From the NCBI GenBank assembly GCA_918797485.1, contig CAKKNE010000002.1, forward strand, positions 5,518,001-5,582,000: a stretch of 64,000 bases of DNA, given 5' to 3'. Below the pieces are notes generated by a model. The model did not search any database, had not been told where the DNA came from, and was given only the letters and a program-made list of their open reading frames with translations. The translations under genes and the position numbers were made by a program. Positions 10,498-21,537 of this stretch are shown here, piece by piece. Position 1 is the first letter of the stretch, and every line of letters begins with the position of its first letter. The stretch comes from Pelagomonas calceolata (lineage: Eukaryota).

Positions 10498-11226
10498 CTA
10501 CGCCTTCTCGGGCGCCTCGGCGACGGGGAGCGGCGGCGTCCCGCGCGCCTCGTCGACCTTGCCCTTGACGAAGGCCCAGCCCTTCCGCGCGCCGCTCGCC
10601 ACGAGGGAGAACCCCTTCTTGGCCTGCTCGACGACGACGGTTTTGACCACCACATACTTGTCGGCCACGCGCCACTCCTCGAGCTTCGCGCCGATGGCGC
10701 GCGCCACGGCCGGCGCGAAGCGCGCCACGGTGGCCGTCGAGTACAACGACAGGCCCACGGCGCCCTTGGCGCCCGCGAGCGGCAGGTTCGCGAGCTCGCC
10801 GGCCTCGAGCGACGCCGCGACGCCCGCCGCGCCCTGGCTCAGGTCCACGTTCGCCGCGTGGGCCTTGAACCTCCTTAAGTGATCCCGCGACTCGCCCATG
10901 AAGTCCGCGCCGTGCGCCGAGCAGCCGACCACCACATCATCGGCCGTCAAATTTCTGAGGGGAGCAAATGCGGCGTCGAAGGACTCGACCTTCCGTTCCA
11001 CGTCCTGCGCCGACTGTACGGAAGGAGGCACGAGGAACGGCGGCGGCGCGAGGGGGCCCAGGTCGTTTGTAGGGGCCGGCGCGGGCTGGTTGGGATCGTC
11101 CACCACCGCGAGCGTCGCGCCGCCGCTCTGCATCATGGCCGGGTACTTGGGGCTCTGGCTCACCGGGGGCGGTGGTGGTGACGCAACCACGTCGGGCAGG
11201 GCCGCCTCGGTTTGGGGCGCGGCCAT
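10498..11226 (-). CDS. Hypothetical protein
   Basis: 242-aa ORF with codon usage like its neighbours. The frame is also open about 50 codons upstream without an ATG. Confidence 0.6.
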   Translation of the reverse strand: MAAPQTEAALPDVVASPPPPPVSQSPKYPAMMQSGGATLAVVDDPNQPAPAPTNDLGPLAPPPFLVPPSVQSAQDVERKVESFDAAFAPLRNLTADDVVVGCSAHGADFMGESRDHLRRFKAHAANVDLSQGAAGVAASLEAGELANLPLAGAKGAVGLSLYSTATVARFAPAVARAIGAKLEEWRVADKYVVVKTVVVEQAKKGFSLVASGARKGWAFVKGKVDEARGTPPLPVAEAPEKA

Positions 11227-11987
11227 CGCGGGCGCCGCGGCGCTCGCCGCGTCGAGGCGCGACCCGGGGCTCGCCGGCTCGCCGCCGGCGACCTCCGGCG
11301 ACGGCGCGGGCCGCTTGGGCTTGTTTTTCTTACCCGTCTTGCTGGGACGGGCGGCGCGAGCAGCGGCTGTTTCCAGCTACTGCTTCGCTCCCTTGCGCAG
11401 CTCCTACCGCAGCCGGAGAACTGGTGACGAAATGTGCTACGCGTGGTAAGAGCGGTAACAGTGCTTCAGCCACGTAACCCTAGGTTATAGCCGACTACAC
11501 GCGCATCCACGCTGTATTTTTTGCCAACAGCTTTGGCGTCGGCATCGATTTTTCCGCCTCCGTTTTTCGCCACGTGTCCTTGCCATTGTTCGCCTCGACG
11601 GATGCCAGCGGAGCAACCGGGAAACGGGACTGATCGAAAACGTGCGGGTGACAGCGAGCAATTTCAGTGAGTGATTGTGTTTGCGACGCAAACGCACAGT
11701 GTGTAGCAGCGCCAACACATTCAAGCGTTCGAGGGTGTACTTCCACTATGGCTGCGGCACCATGCAAGCCGGCGCCGCCGCTCGCGCCTTGCAGTCGCCA
11801 TACAAGCCATGGTTGTGTCTGCAGCCATCGCCGCCGCCCAAACGCGGCCGCCGCGGCCCGCAAGCAACAGCAAGCCGAACAGCCACACGACCGCATCCCC
11901 CCACCGCAGGCCATTTCTTCGCTACGTCGATAGCGATCGAGGAGAGGAGGTACTACCCGTACCGCTTTACTCTCCCCCAAAACAACC

Positions 11988-12677
11988 ATGTCCAAGCTTA
12001 ATAAAGATCTGGTCGAGGGCGCCATCGACAAGATCTTAGCCTACTCGTCGGGCGAGACGATCCAGCACGACGGCGCCGACGTCAAGGGCAAGAAGCGCAA
12101 ATTTGTCGAAACGATTGATTTGCAGATCGCACTCAAGAACTACGACCCCCAGCGCGACAAGCGCTTCTCCGGGACGTTCAAGCTGCCCGTCGTGCCGCGC
12201 CCGAACCTCAAGTGCTGCATCATCGGCAACGCGGTCCACTGCGAAGAGGCCGAGCGCATTGGTGTGGACAAGATGAGTGTTGATGATTTGAAGAAGTTCA
12301 ACAAAAATAAGAAGGTCATCAAGAAGTTCGCCAAGAAGTTCGACGCGTTCCTGGCGTCGGACACGCTCATCAAGCAGATCCCGAGACTGTTGGGCCCCGG
12401 CCTCACGAAGGCGGGCAAGTTCCCGACCCTAATTGAAGGTGGCGCGGACCTCACGGAAAAAATTGATGGTGTTAGAGCCACCATCAAGTTCCAGATGAAG
12501 AAGGTCATGTGCCTGAACGTCGCCGTCGGCAACGTGTCCATGGAGAAGGCGCAGATCGTGACGAACGTGACCCTGGCGTCGAACTTCCTCGCGTCGCTGC
12601 TCAAGAAGAACTGGCAGAACATCAAGGTGCTCTACGTCAAGTCGACGATGGGCCCGCCGCAGCAGATCTTCTTCTAG
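11988..12677 (+). CDS. RPL10A: 60S ribosomal protein L10a (uL1)
   Basis: [25 protein letters not shown]...[16 protein letters not shown]...[16 protein letters not shown]. Confidence 0.98.
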   Translation: MSKLNKDLVEGAIDKILAYSSGETIQHDGADVKGKKRKFVETIDLQIALKNYDPQRDKRFSGTFKLPVVPRPNLKCCIIGNAVHCEEAERIGVDKMSVDDLKKFNKNKKVIKKFAKKFDAFLASDTLIKQIPRLLGPGLTKAGKFPTLIEGGADLTEKIDGVRATIKFQMKKVMCLNVAVGNVSMEKAQIVTNVTLASNFLASLLKKNWQNIKVLYVKSTMGPPQQIFF

Positions 12678-12790
12678 GCGCGGTTGCCTAACCTGAGGGT
12701 ATTCTCATTCCCATCGAGGGGTCGCGTCGACGGACGTCGTGTGGCGAACGCGGAATCATTCGTGGGGGAATCGCGCCGGCTTAGAAAACA

Positions 12791-14335
12791 CTACTCACTT
12801 ACATCATCACCACGGGCAATCATTGCGTCGGCCCGCAGCACCCGCGCCCGGCACTTCTCGTGCGCCGGATCTAGGAGAAGCGCCGCGCGGCACTCCAGTA
12901 ATGCAGCTTGAGGGTCGCGGAGCCGCAACAGCGCCTCGGCGCGGTTCGCGTGCGCCGCGACCGCCAGCGCCGCCGCGTCGGCGCTCAGGCGTGGGCCGTG
13001 CACTAATCTACGGCACCACGCGAAGCGCGCCTCGGCGTCGTCCCACAAATCCTGCGAAGCGCACGCGTTGCCCTGGTCCTTCAGAGCCGCCGCTCGTTCC
13101 AGGTCCGGCGGCATGGTTATCCGGGACGCACCGAGGACGGCGCGCGCGCTGTAGAACGCCTCGACGACGCAGGGACCGCCCGCCGCCCGCAGCCCTACCA
13201 AATCCTGGGCAGCCTCGGCCTCGTCGTAAACGTTTTCGTTGAGATAGGGCCAGCCCCGCGCGAGGCGTCTTAAAGATAACGCAGAAGCCTCGGGCACCGC
13301 CCACGCGCCAGGCTCGTCCTCCCTTAACGAAGCGTAGCAGTCCACGAGGAGCGCGCTGCAAGGTCTTCTTCTACCAAAAAAGCGCGCGAGCGCGGCCTCC
13401 TCGACGGGACCTTCCCCAAAGACGCGGCGCCGCGGCGGGTCGAAGCGCGTCGGGTCCGTCGCCTCGCGGCCGCAGACGTCGGCCAAAGCCCGCTCGAGCG
13501 CCGCGACGCCGCCGGCTTCCACGAGTACACGGCGCGCCTCGACGGCGTCTTTTGATGAGGCGGCCCCGGACCCACGGCACAAAACGCAGGCGGCGACGCA
13601 CGCGTCCGGCAGCGCGTCTTCCAATGGAGCCGCCTCGGACGGCGCGCCCGCGTGGGCCAGCACCTCGCAGAGGACTCCCGCAAAGCCGTCCGCCTCCACA
13701 AGATCGCGCCGTCGATCCAGCGCCGCGTGGCCCGCGGCGAGGGCCCCGAGGAACGTGGACCCGGCGCCGCGGAGCGCCGCGGCACGCCGCGCCGCGGACG
13801 CCGCGTCGCCTCCCACTCTAGCTTCCGTCGCGCGCCGTCGCAATGCCACAAGTGCCGCGGCGCCGCCCGCCGCGACGACCATCGAAGCGAACTCCGGCGG
13901 CTCACTCAAAACGCGCGCCGCGGCGCCGCGGACGTCTCCTCCCGTAGCGACGTGCGCGACGACTAACGCCGCGGTCGTGGTCTCGTCGATCAGCTCCTGG
14001 GGCGGTTCTGGCGCGGGCGCGTCCTCTTGACAGACCGCGAGGAGGTACGGCGAGCCCGTCTGCCTTTTGAAGGACCGCGCGACGCGCGCGTGGACCGCGT
14101 CCACCTCTTCTCCAAGGTCGATCTCGGACCCGTCGTGGAAGAGGCGCTGCGCGCCGACGGCCTTTGCTACCTCGCTTAGAGGTTTTGACCCGCGCAGCGC
14201 GACGGCGACTATTCTGATCCGGTCCTCGGGCTTCACGACGGCGAGCGTGACTTGTTGCTCATCTTCATCTAGTGTAAGCGTCAGGCCCGGCCGCGGGGCG
14301 AACTCGACCTCCGCCTCGGCCGAGAAGGCTGCCAT
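12791..14335 (-). CDS. Helical-repeat protein with C-terminal TPRs
   Basis: AAALKDQGNAC...ANRAEALLRL..PQAALLECRAALLLDPAHEK. Confidence 0.75.
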   Translation of the reverse strand: MAAFSAEAEVEFAPRPGLTLTLDEDEQQVTLAVVKPEDRIRIVAVALRGSKPLSEVAKAVGAQRLFHDGSEIDLGEEVDAVHARVARSFKRQTGSPYLLAVCQEDAPAPEPPQELIDETTTAALVVAHVATGGDVRGAAARVLSEPPEFASMVVAAGGAAALVALRRRATEARVGGDAASAARRAAALRGAGSTFLGALAAGHAALDRRRDLVEADGFAGVLCEVLAHAGAPSEAAPLEDALPDACVAACVLCRGSGAASSKDAVEARRVLVEAGGVAALERALADVCGREATDPTRFDPPRRRVFGEGPVEEAALARFFGRRRPCSALLVDCYASLREDEPGAWAVPEASALSLRRLARGWPYLNENVYDEAEAAQDLVGLRAAGGPCVVEAFYSARAVLGASRITMPPDLERAAALKDQGNACASQDLWDDAEARFAWCRRLVHGPRLSADAAALAVAAHANRAEALLRLRDPQAALLECRAALLLDPAHEKCRARVLRADAMIARGDDVSE

Positions 14336-14677
14336 GGTCTTGGTTTGGGCAGCCCTGGTCTTGCTTGAGTGGCTGCAGAGTGTCCCCGTCGGAGCGCTAC
14401 TCTGCAGCCTCAGGAGTGCCAGCAGCGGTCAAAATCCGGCTCTGACTACCTCTCCACCAATTCAGCCAGGGCTGGGTCGTGGGCCGGGCAGCCTTTTTTT
14501 GGCTTTTACCCCCAAAAATAGCTTGCTAGTGTCTTAGCCCGCTAGCTGCGCGCGGCCTTTGCGCTCGCCCACTAGTCCTTGGGGGCTATTCAGGCGGGTC
14601 GCACTGATCCAGGCGACCCGCACCGTCACAGAAAACCATCACGCGACGCGAGGACGGGAAGGCAGCAACGAGTCCTA

Positions 14678-16204
14678 TCACTTCTTCTTAAACAGGAGCA
14701 ACAAACCCCCAGAACCGGTCCGCACCACACAAACGTCGTCGACGAGCCGCAATAATTCGGCGTCGAAGGCGTCCTCGACGAACGCGGCCGCGAAGCTCGG
14801 TGCCACACCTGATCGTGTCGCCTTCAGCGCCTCGGACGCGAGCGTCCGATCCAAGTCGCCGGTCCAGGTCACCGTGCCCACCAGGGGAAACATCAGGGTC
14901 CTCTCAACAATGCCCCGGTCGACGTCGACCGTTATGGACGGCGGACTGTATTTCTTCGTGTACTCCTCCGACTCCATCACGACGTTCCACGTCCCCTGCA
15001 ACCGCGACGCCAGCGGCTCTGTCCCCTCAAAATCGTCCCCTGTGAACCGCCCCTCGGCCAGCGCCTTGAGCGCGTCGGCGCATCGCGACTCGGACACGAA
15101 CGCACTCCTTCCTAAAGCTGCTCGCCGAAGCGTCTCGTCGACGGCCTGCAATGACTCCAACTTGATCGCTTTCGTGGCCGACGACAGGGCCACACTACTA
15201 CCAGTCGCGTAGGCGTTGTCCACGCGCCGTCTCGTAGCGGATAAATCTAATTCAAAAGCACCGCGCGCCATCTTCGCCGCCTCGGAATCGGCGTAGCTAC
15301 CTACACTGAGTTTGTCGGCGGCCTCAAACCCAAAAGAGAGTTGTTTGGCCCTTCGTTTGACGTCGGCGATCGGCGACAGCACGAGCGCGGCATAAACTTT
15401 CTTCGCCGACGCCGCGTCGCCGTTCGCCTCGTGACACAAGGCTAGCTCCAGTAACGCATCCGCACCTCGTTGCGTCTTGGCCGTGCAGTACTTCGTCGCG
15501 ATCGGCTCCAGGGCCCGTACCGCGCCGTACGCGTCGCCCCTCTTCACCAATAACTGCGCCCGCCGCGTAGCGTTCCGGATCTCGCCTTCGTATCGATCGA
15601 TGACGCGTTCGTCGGCCTGGTTCTTTTCTCGAAATCTTTTTAACCTTTCGGCCGTCTCCCGGGCCTTCGTCTCATTTACGACGTTGTTCTGTTCTGGGGC
15701 ACCGACGCCGATGCGTTTCCCGCCGCCGAACGCCTTCGAGATGTCCGCGGGCCGCTCGAAGACGCCCCAACTTCCCGAACCGGTCGGTTTATGCGTCTCC
15801 TGTTCGGTCGGTGGTGCCCAGGACCCGCCAATCCCAGACGTCGTCTTGACTGCGGCGTCCTCCAGCTCTTTGAGGATCGAACCACCGCCCCCGAACAGCG
15901 CCTCGCCCTCGTTCATCGCTTCGCTGAAGCCGGCCTCCTCGACCTTCTTTGATGATGCCTTTCGTGCCAAATCGGCCTCGTCCATCCTTTCCCCATCATA
16001 CCGCCGTCCCTGGGACTTGTACTCGCGGAGCTCGGCCATTTTTTTTCGGACCTCGGCCATCCGCTTCGCCCGAGCCTCAGCCTCGGGCATGATCGTCTTC
16101 GGGAGGTCGTCGGGCCGGATGGCGCGCGTGTGCGTGGCCGGGCGCTGGGGTGGTGGAGGCGCGAAGGCGAGCGCCGCGCCCGCGAGCGTGAGGAGGACCC
16201 GCAT
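14678..16204 (-). CDS. Plastid-targeted conserved protein with a TPR-like region
   Basis: ASAFAP-like signal ALAFAPP; GSWGVFERPADISKAFGGGKRI motif; TPR-like helices. Confidence 0.75.
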   Translation of the reverse strand: MRVLLTLAGAALAFAPPPPQRPATHTRAIRPDDLPKTIMPEAEARAKRMAEVRKKMAELREYKSQGRRYDGERMDEADLARKASSKKVEEAGFSEAMNEGEALFGGGGSILKELEDAAVKTTSGIGGSWAPPTEQETHKPTGSGSWGVFERPADISKAFGGGKRIGVGAPEQNNVVNETKARETAERLKRFREKNQADERVIDRYEGEIRNATRRAQLLVKRGDAYGAVRALEPIATKYCTAKTQRGADALLELALCHEANGDAASAKKVYAALVLSPIADVKRRAKQLSFGFEAADKLSVGSYADSEAAKMARGAFELDLSATRRRVDNAYATGSSVALSSATKAIKLESLQAVDETLRRAALGRSAFVSESRCADALKALAEGRFTGDDFEGTEPLASRLQGTWNVVMESEEYTKKYSPPSITVDVDRGIVERTLMFPLVGTVTWTGDLDRTLASEALKATRSGVAPSFAAAFVEDAFDAELLRLVDDVCVVRTGSGGLLLLFKKK

Positions 16205-16501
16205 GCTTGCACCTGGTGCGCGAATCGGGCTGCGCTTTTTGTCTGTGGGAGAGCAGTGGCAAAAAGGTCTCCCAAACTTGCCTTCGCTGCAGAGTTACGC
16301 GTGCACTGTCGAGCACTGATGCGATCGAGCGTCTGACCGGCGCACCCTTGCAACTCAACTGCAGCAGTCCACTCGTATCCAGCGGCAGTCGTGGCCGCCG
16401 GCCGCCGGTGTTTCTAGTGCCTTACAGACGCTAGCCCCGCGCTATACGTCTCTAGAAGGAGGTTTAGGCGACACACACAGACGCGCGGCGAAGCCTCACG
16501 G

Positions 16502-16978
16502 CTACACCGCCGGCTTAGCGGCCTCCGCGGCCCGCGCCTCCTCGTCGAGGCGCCGGCGCTTGGCCGCGCGCGCGGCGGCTTCAGGGTTCACGTTGGGGTT
16601 GTTGTCGCGCAGGTACTCGGACATCCATTTGATCGGGTCCTCGGGCCGCACCTGCGTGGTTGTTTGGTCGTTGTCTCAGTGCCGACGGTAGAGCCTCGCG
16701 ATCGACGCGATCACAAGCGGACGCCGGCCAAGCACCTTCACGAGCTCGGCCATGCCGTCGAGCATGATGGGGACGATAGTCTGATCCAAATAGGTGCGGA
16801 TCGGCAAATTCCAGACGGCCGAGTCGCGCGCGGCGGCGCCGGGCGGCAGCGTCGCCGGCGGCCCGGGCGCGGGCGCGGGCTCCGCGGGCTTAGGCTTGGG
16901 CGCCGGCGGCGCAACGGGCGCGGCGGGCGGCGCGGCCGGCGGCGCCGCGGGGGCTGTGGTCGCAGGAGGCGCCTCCAT
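16502..16978 (-). CDS. DPY30: Dpy-30 domain protein, 2 exons (intron 16652-16735)
   Basis: LPIRTYLDQTIVPIMLDGMAELVK|VRPEDPIKWMSEYL after removing an 84-bp GT-AG intron. Confidence 0.9.
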
Positions 16979-17362
16979 GTCTCTACAGAGAGCACAGGCC
17001 TCGTGGGCAAGAAGCGGAGCTGTTGAGACTCGCTGCGGCGACCGTTGGCAACGGCGACGACGTCCAGCGATGAAATTACTGCACTCTAGACGGAGCGCGG
17101 GCAACAGCGGGCTTTGCTTGAGAGACGGAATCCTAGTGGCCGAGTACGCTAGCCTTTATTCCCTCGCGCACCGGCCGGGCCACAGGGCAAGGTCTCGTCA
17201 TTACAAGAGCTCGTCCGGAGCTCATAGATGCGCGTACTGAACGCGACGAGCTGCCCTCCGTTCCAATAACTAAGCCCTCAGGGTGGTGGCAAGGGGCTGC
17301 CCCAGAGCCTCACGCTATCGACGCGACGCGATCACAATCGGACGCCGGCCAAGCCGCCAAGC

Positions 17363-17911
17363 ATGCCGCCCAAAAAGTCCAGCAAGGCCCTCGCGAAGCT
17401 CCAGAAGCAAATCCAACGCGTCGAGGACGAGTCGGTAAAACAGCAGCAAAGGAACCGGCACCTCCGTTTAGATGTGGAGCGCCTCGGGACGGTGCTGGAA
17501 CGGCGCACGCGCGAGCGCGACGTGGCCTACGCCGAGCTCGAGACGATTCTTGAGAGAAGGCCGACCAAGCTCAAGACCGTCCAGGCGCTCACGAAGGAGC
17601 ACGACAAGCTCGCGAAGCGCCTCACGAAAGACGCCCGTTCAAATGCCGCTTCGTTCACGGAGACGGCGTCGACTCCACAAGCTACTGATTTGTGGGAGTT
17701 GAGGGTGGCGGAGGAAGAATATCAGCTCGAGGTCGCACGTCTCAAACCTTTGGCGGATCGTCTGGCGCGCCTGGACTTTGCGCTGGCCGAGGAGCAGGAC
17801 GAGGATGCGCGGGATAGGTTGGGCGTCGAGCGGGCCGCAGTTTTGTCGAAGATGCGCGGCGATGACTTCTGGGCGCCCAATCAAGGGGGTGGTAACGGGC
17901 AGTTTGGGTAG
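17363..17911 (+). CDS. Small coiled-coil hypothetical protein
   Basis: 182-aa ORF starting MPPKKSSK, heptad-rich. Confidence 0.65.
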   Translation: MPPKKSSKALAKLQKQIQRVEDESVKQQQRNRHLRLDVERLGTVLERRTRERDVAYAELETILERRPTKLKTVQALTKEHDKLAKRLTKDARSNAASFTETASTPQATDLWELRVAEEEYQLEVARLKPLADRLARLDFALAEEQDEDARDRLGVERAAVLSKMRGDDFWAPNQGGGNGQFG

Positions 17912-18629
17912 TAGCACTGGCCTCGAACTGTGGCGCGTCGCGGCGAGATGGAGCGAGCCCTCTCTGGGAGCTTTGGTCGGCGGCGCGCTCGGGCACCGCG
18001 AGTCCACGAGACAAAATGCGGGAAATGGCGATGGCCGTCCTGTGTGCATGCCCCATTCGTGCCGGGGAGTGCCTATAGCTGCGAAAGAGTTTGAGCTGGG
18101 CCCTCGAGATAATCCTAGTAGGCATCAGCGAGCAGGCTGTCTCCAAATTAGGCTGGGCTTAAACGAGACGTGCGGAGCAGCGTGGCAGTCAAGAACTGGT
18201 GGAGAGAGACGGATTGAGCCACGGGCTGAGGCCTGTCGATTTTCAGCGGGCGCCGGGACGGCTGTGGTGCCAAAAGCGAGTTGAGCTGCAGCAGCCCTTG
18301 GGACCGCCGCAGCGGTGCCGCGGCACCTCCGCTGGCAACGCAGACACCCTTCGAGGCCTGCGGTGACCTCGTGGCTGCCGCGGGTGGCTCCGCATCGCGC
18401 GCTGCACCCGCGCGCCGCCGTTCGGCCTCGGGCGCCTCCCGGGCACGACTGAGCGCTGGCCGCGGCGCGCGCTCGCCGACGCCGTCGAGGCGGCGGAGCG
18501 CTCGCTGGCCGCAGCGGCGGGCCGGGAGGCGACTAAGCGTGAGAGAGCCGAGAGGACGCCGCCGCCGCGAGATTTAAACCACGATCGTCCGCGCAGGCCG
18601 CCGCCGCCGGTAGGGACGCGCAGGGCACG

Positions 18630-18944
18630 ATGGTGAACGTCCCCAAGGAGCGCAAGACGTACTGCAAGAACAAGAAATGCCGGAAGCACCAGGTCCACAA
18701 GGTGACGCAGTACAAGGCCGGCAAGGCCAGTAACTTCGCCCAGGGCAAGCGACGGTACGACTCGAAGCAGATGGGCTTCGGCGGCCAGACCAAGCCCGTC
18801 TTCCACAAGAAGGCGAAAACCACCAAAAAGATCGTGCTCCGATTGGAGTGCAAAACGTGCAAGGCCAAGAAGCAGCTCAAGATCAAGCGGTGCAAGCACT
18901 TCGAGTTGGGAGAGAAGAAGAAGGCGACGGGCCACGTCTACTAA
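18630..18944 (+). CDS. RPL36A: 60S ribosomal protein L44/L36a (eL42)
   Basis: [12 protein letters not shown]...[48 protein letters not shown]. Confidence 0.98.
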   Translation: MVNVPKERKTYCKNKKCRKHQVHKVTQYKAGKASNFAQGKRRYDSKQMGFGGQTKPVFHKKAKTTKKIVLRLECKTCKAKKQLKIKRCKHFELGEKKKATGHVY

Positions 18945-19036
18945 CTTGGAGTTTGTGAAACGGGTCCCCGGGGTCACATCGATCGACGGCGTAGTAGAGT
19001 AGCCCTCATACGCCATCGATGCGGCTCCAGACATGG

Positions 19037-19945
19037 TCAACTCGTCGTTAGCCACCCCCCCACCAAATCGCACGTCTCCGCTTCGTTCGCCGAGAGCATG
19101 ACGTCGTGCGGCCCCTCCACCATGACCGGTTCCACGCCCAGGAACCGGGCCGTCTCGTCGACCGCCTCTCTATCCACAACGCGGTCCGCGTCCGCGCCCA
19201 GGACTAAACACCTAAGATTCGAAGGCATCGATGCCCACCTGCCATCCTCGGTCGGCCAGCGCGGCAGCGACCGCTGGTAGTCGCCCAGGTCCAATCCGCT
19301 TTTAGAATCTGCCGCGAAGTAGCCCGTGTAGCGTTCAGCCGTCGCGTCATCAAGCTGATCATTGAAAAAGACGGCATTCGCGTCCTCCGGTGACCGCGCC
19401 GCACTTTTCAACGCGAAGGCCTTGGTGATGAGCCACGCTTCTCGCAAAGATCGTCTTACTACGCGCGCCGTGCCCGGTTTATTTCCTGACGGCGGGACGG
19501 AGCATAGCAACGCGAGGCCCTCGCAGCGGTCGGCGAGGCTTTCGTCGGTCGCCAACGCGTCAATGGCGACCGGTCCTCCAAAAGAATGCGCGCAGAGGGC
19601 GAGTTGCTTCCCGGGCAGTTGTAGGTTCACGGCCTCGGCGACGTCGGCGGCGTGCGTCGACAGTTTTATACTTTTCTCAACGCAGGGCGAGCCCGCCGTG
19701 CCGCGCAGACTTATGGAGTGCGCCGCTATGCCGTGTTTCTCGGCGAGGCGCGGCAGCCACCTTTCTGCAAAGCACCACGCGCCGTGGAACGTGCCGTGGA
19801 CGCAGACGAGGTGCGTTTTTGGAGAAGGTGGTTCGCAGGAGAGCCACTGCATCTGCTGGCCCGATTTGAGGGCGACTTGGCTTGTTGTGACGCTGAGCGC
19901 GTCGGCTAAGGTTGCTGTCGCGACGAGGGCTGCCAGCAGATGCAT
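19037..19945 (-). CDS. Alpha/beta hydrolase with a signal peptide
   Basis: VHGTFHGAWCF, nucleophile elbow AHSFGG, ADRVVD, PHDVML. Confidence 0.9.
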   Translation of the reverse strand: MHLLAALVATATLADALSVTTSQVALKSGQQMQWLSCEPPSPKTHLVCVHGTFHGAWCFAERWLPRLAEKHGIAAHSISLRGTAGSPCVEKSIKLSTHAADVAEAVNLQLPGKQLALCAHSFGGPVAIDALATDESLADRCEGLALLCSVPPSGNKPGTARVVRRSLREAWLITKAFALKSAARSPEDANAVFFNDQLDDATAERYTGYFAADSKSGLDLGDYQRSLPRWPTEDGRWASMPSNLRCLVLGADADRVVDREAVDETARFLGVEPVMVEGPHDVMLSANEAETCDLVGGWLTTS

Positions 19946-20311
19946 GGTTGCTACCAGCGCTGCGAATGGAGGTTCTCTTTTGCTTTTTAAGGCTGTCGGA
20001 GGGTCACTTGTACCGCAGCGACGACCAATAGTACAAATGGTCCGAGTTCTATGGCTTCAAAGCATCATCGAGAGCCTGGAAGCCTAGTGTCTCTTCACTT
20101 AGCTCATTATTGACCATCTTGCCCAGTATTGCTCAAGTCTTGCTAAGACGAGGGATTCACGAGGCTCGCCTCTTCGATCGCAAAGGCACTCTCGCCTCTT
20201 CCTGGCACGTCGCCCGGGTGGTTTCACGCCGCGACAACGCCCCCAAAATACTCTAAGCTCGAGATACCCCAGAACAAGTGCGCCAGGAATCAGAGGGAGT
20301 ACCTTACAAAC

Positions 20312-21495
20312 ATGCTGAGCGAGGTCCTACGCCGCGACACGCTCTCGCAAGCGGGCCGCGCGCGCGCGGCCAAAGCGAAACTGCAAACCGATGTCGAAAG
20401 GCTGCTTGAAAGACAAGGCAACGCGCTTTGGTCCCTGTTTGGCGACGCCGTCTTCGCCGTCCTCGTCGCGTCGAGCGTGGCGTGGGGCCTCGCGTCACTA
20501 GCTGCGTGGAAATCAAGTTTACGGCGCGTTCGTCCTGAATCGCCGCGTCGACCTCCACGCCATCGACGCGACGCAGGTCAATAGGCCACTACAAGGGCTG
20601 GTGGGACGTCGGCTCGTTCCTCGGCGAGAATTACGATCGCGACGGCTTCTGCCTCGCCCACAAAGGGACGTGGTACGAGTCTCAGTTGCTCTCGATGTAC
20701 GGGTCGGTCATTCTCGCTCTAGTGTTACAAGTCATGGTCCGTAGCCTCGCTGCGAACCGAGGCGAGCTCCTGGTCGTCGAGCGCTGTGTGGAAATCAAAC
20801 AGTGAGTAGGTCAACGCCATCGAGCAGACGTAGGAATGGAGGTAACCTCGCGTCGATGGCGTGGGGCGCTCGAAATTTGATTTCCACACAGGTCGACGGG
20901 AACACGAAAAGCATCATAAGCCACGGCCTGGGCCACGGCGTTTTGCACTACCTGTCTGTGACGCAGGGCGGCCTGTCGCGCTCCGAGCCGCTAATCACGC
21001 GCGCCACGCCGTGGTACGTCGCGGCCGGCCTGCTCCTCAGCTCCTTCGGCCTCTTCTTCGACCTATTGGAGCGCACAGAGTTCCCACCCTGGCTCAAGAC
21101 GACGCAGGCCGTCGCCAGCGCCCTGCTCGTCCCGACCACGGTGCCCCTCATCATGGCGCGGTTCCGAGTCCGCCGAGGTGTCTTCGCGTCGCCGGCGCGC
21201 GGCCCGACGGTCTCCCACACAGGTCTTCGGCGTCACTGGACTCATCATATTCTTTAACGTGCACCTCGACAGGTTGCTCCACGGCCTCGACGGGGCGAAG
21301 GACCGGTACTACGCGCTCTATGCGCTCACCCAGTGCCTCTCATCCGCGGCCATGTGGGCGGAGCCGTACCTCTGCGACTCGCTCCTGGTCAAGTACGGGG
21401 GGCACGTCGTCTTCGACTACTCGATCCCGCTCGCCTTCATCGTGTATTTGGCCGCGGCGTCCCGCATGGAGCCGCGGAAGGCCAAGGCCGCCTAG
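20312..21495 (+). CDS. Multi-pass membrane protein, 4 exons (introns 20494-20576, 20776-20891, and one ending at 21222 with an uncertain donor)
   Basis: Splicing gives WGLA|SIGHYKGWWD..DGFCLAHKGTWYESQ..ELLV|VDGNTKSIISHGLGHG...|VFGVTG..YGGHVVFDYSIP. Confidence 0.75.
20502..20576. mobile_element. Introner-like element with a truncated right TIR
   Basis: Left TIR ctgcgtggaaatcaa. Flanking 8-mers gtcactag and gtcaatag match 7/8. About 70 bp near-identical to the PRP31 intron. Confidence 0.8.
20784..20891. mobile_element. Introner-like element
   Basis: Perfect 16-bp TIR ctgtgtggaaatcaaa / tttgatttccacacag. Flanks gtcgagcg and gtcgacgg match 6/8. Confidence 0.88.
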
Positions 21496-21537
21496 GCTCC
21501 TACGCGACGCATAACTAAGCTATCTGCTAACAAAACT

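Noticed and set aside
18280..18629. GC-rich region upstream of RPL36A as an ncRNA or ORF
   Set aside because: No recognisable RNA motifs; acceptor-like cgcgcag sites suggest a 5' UTR or intron.
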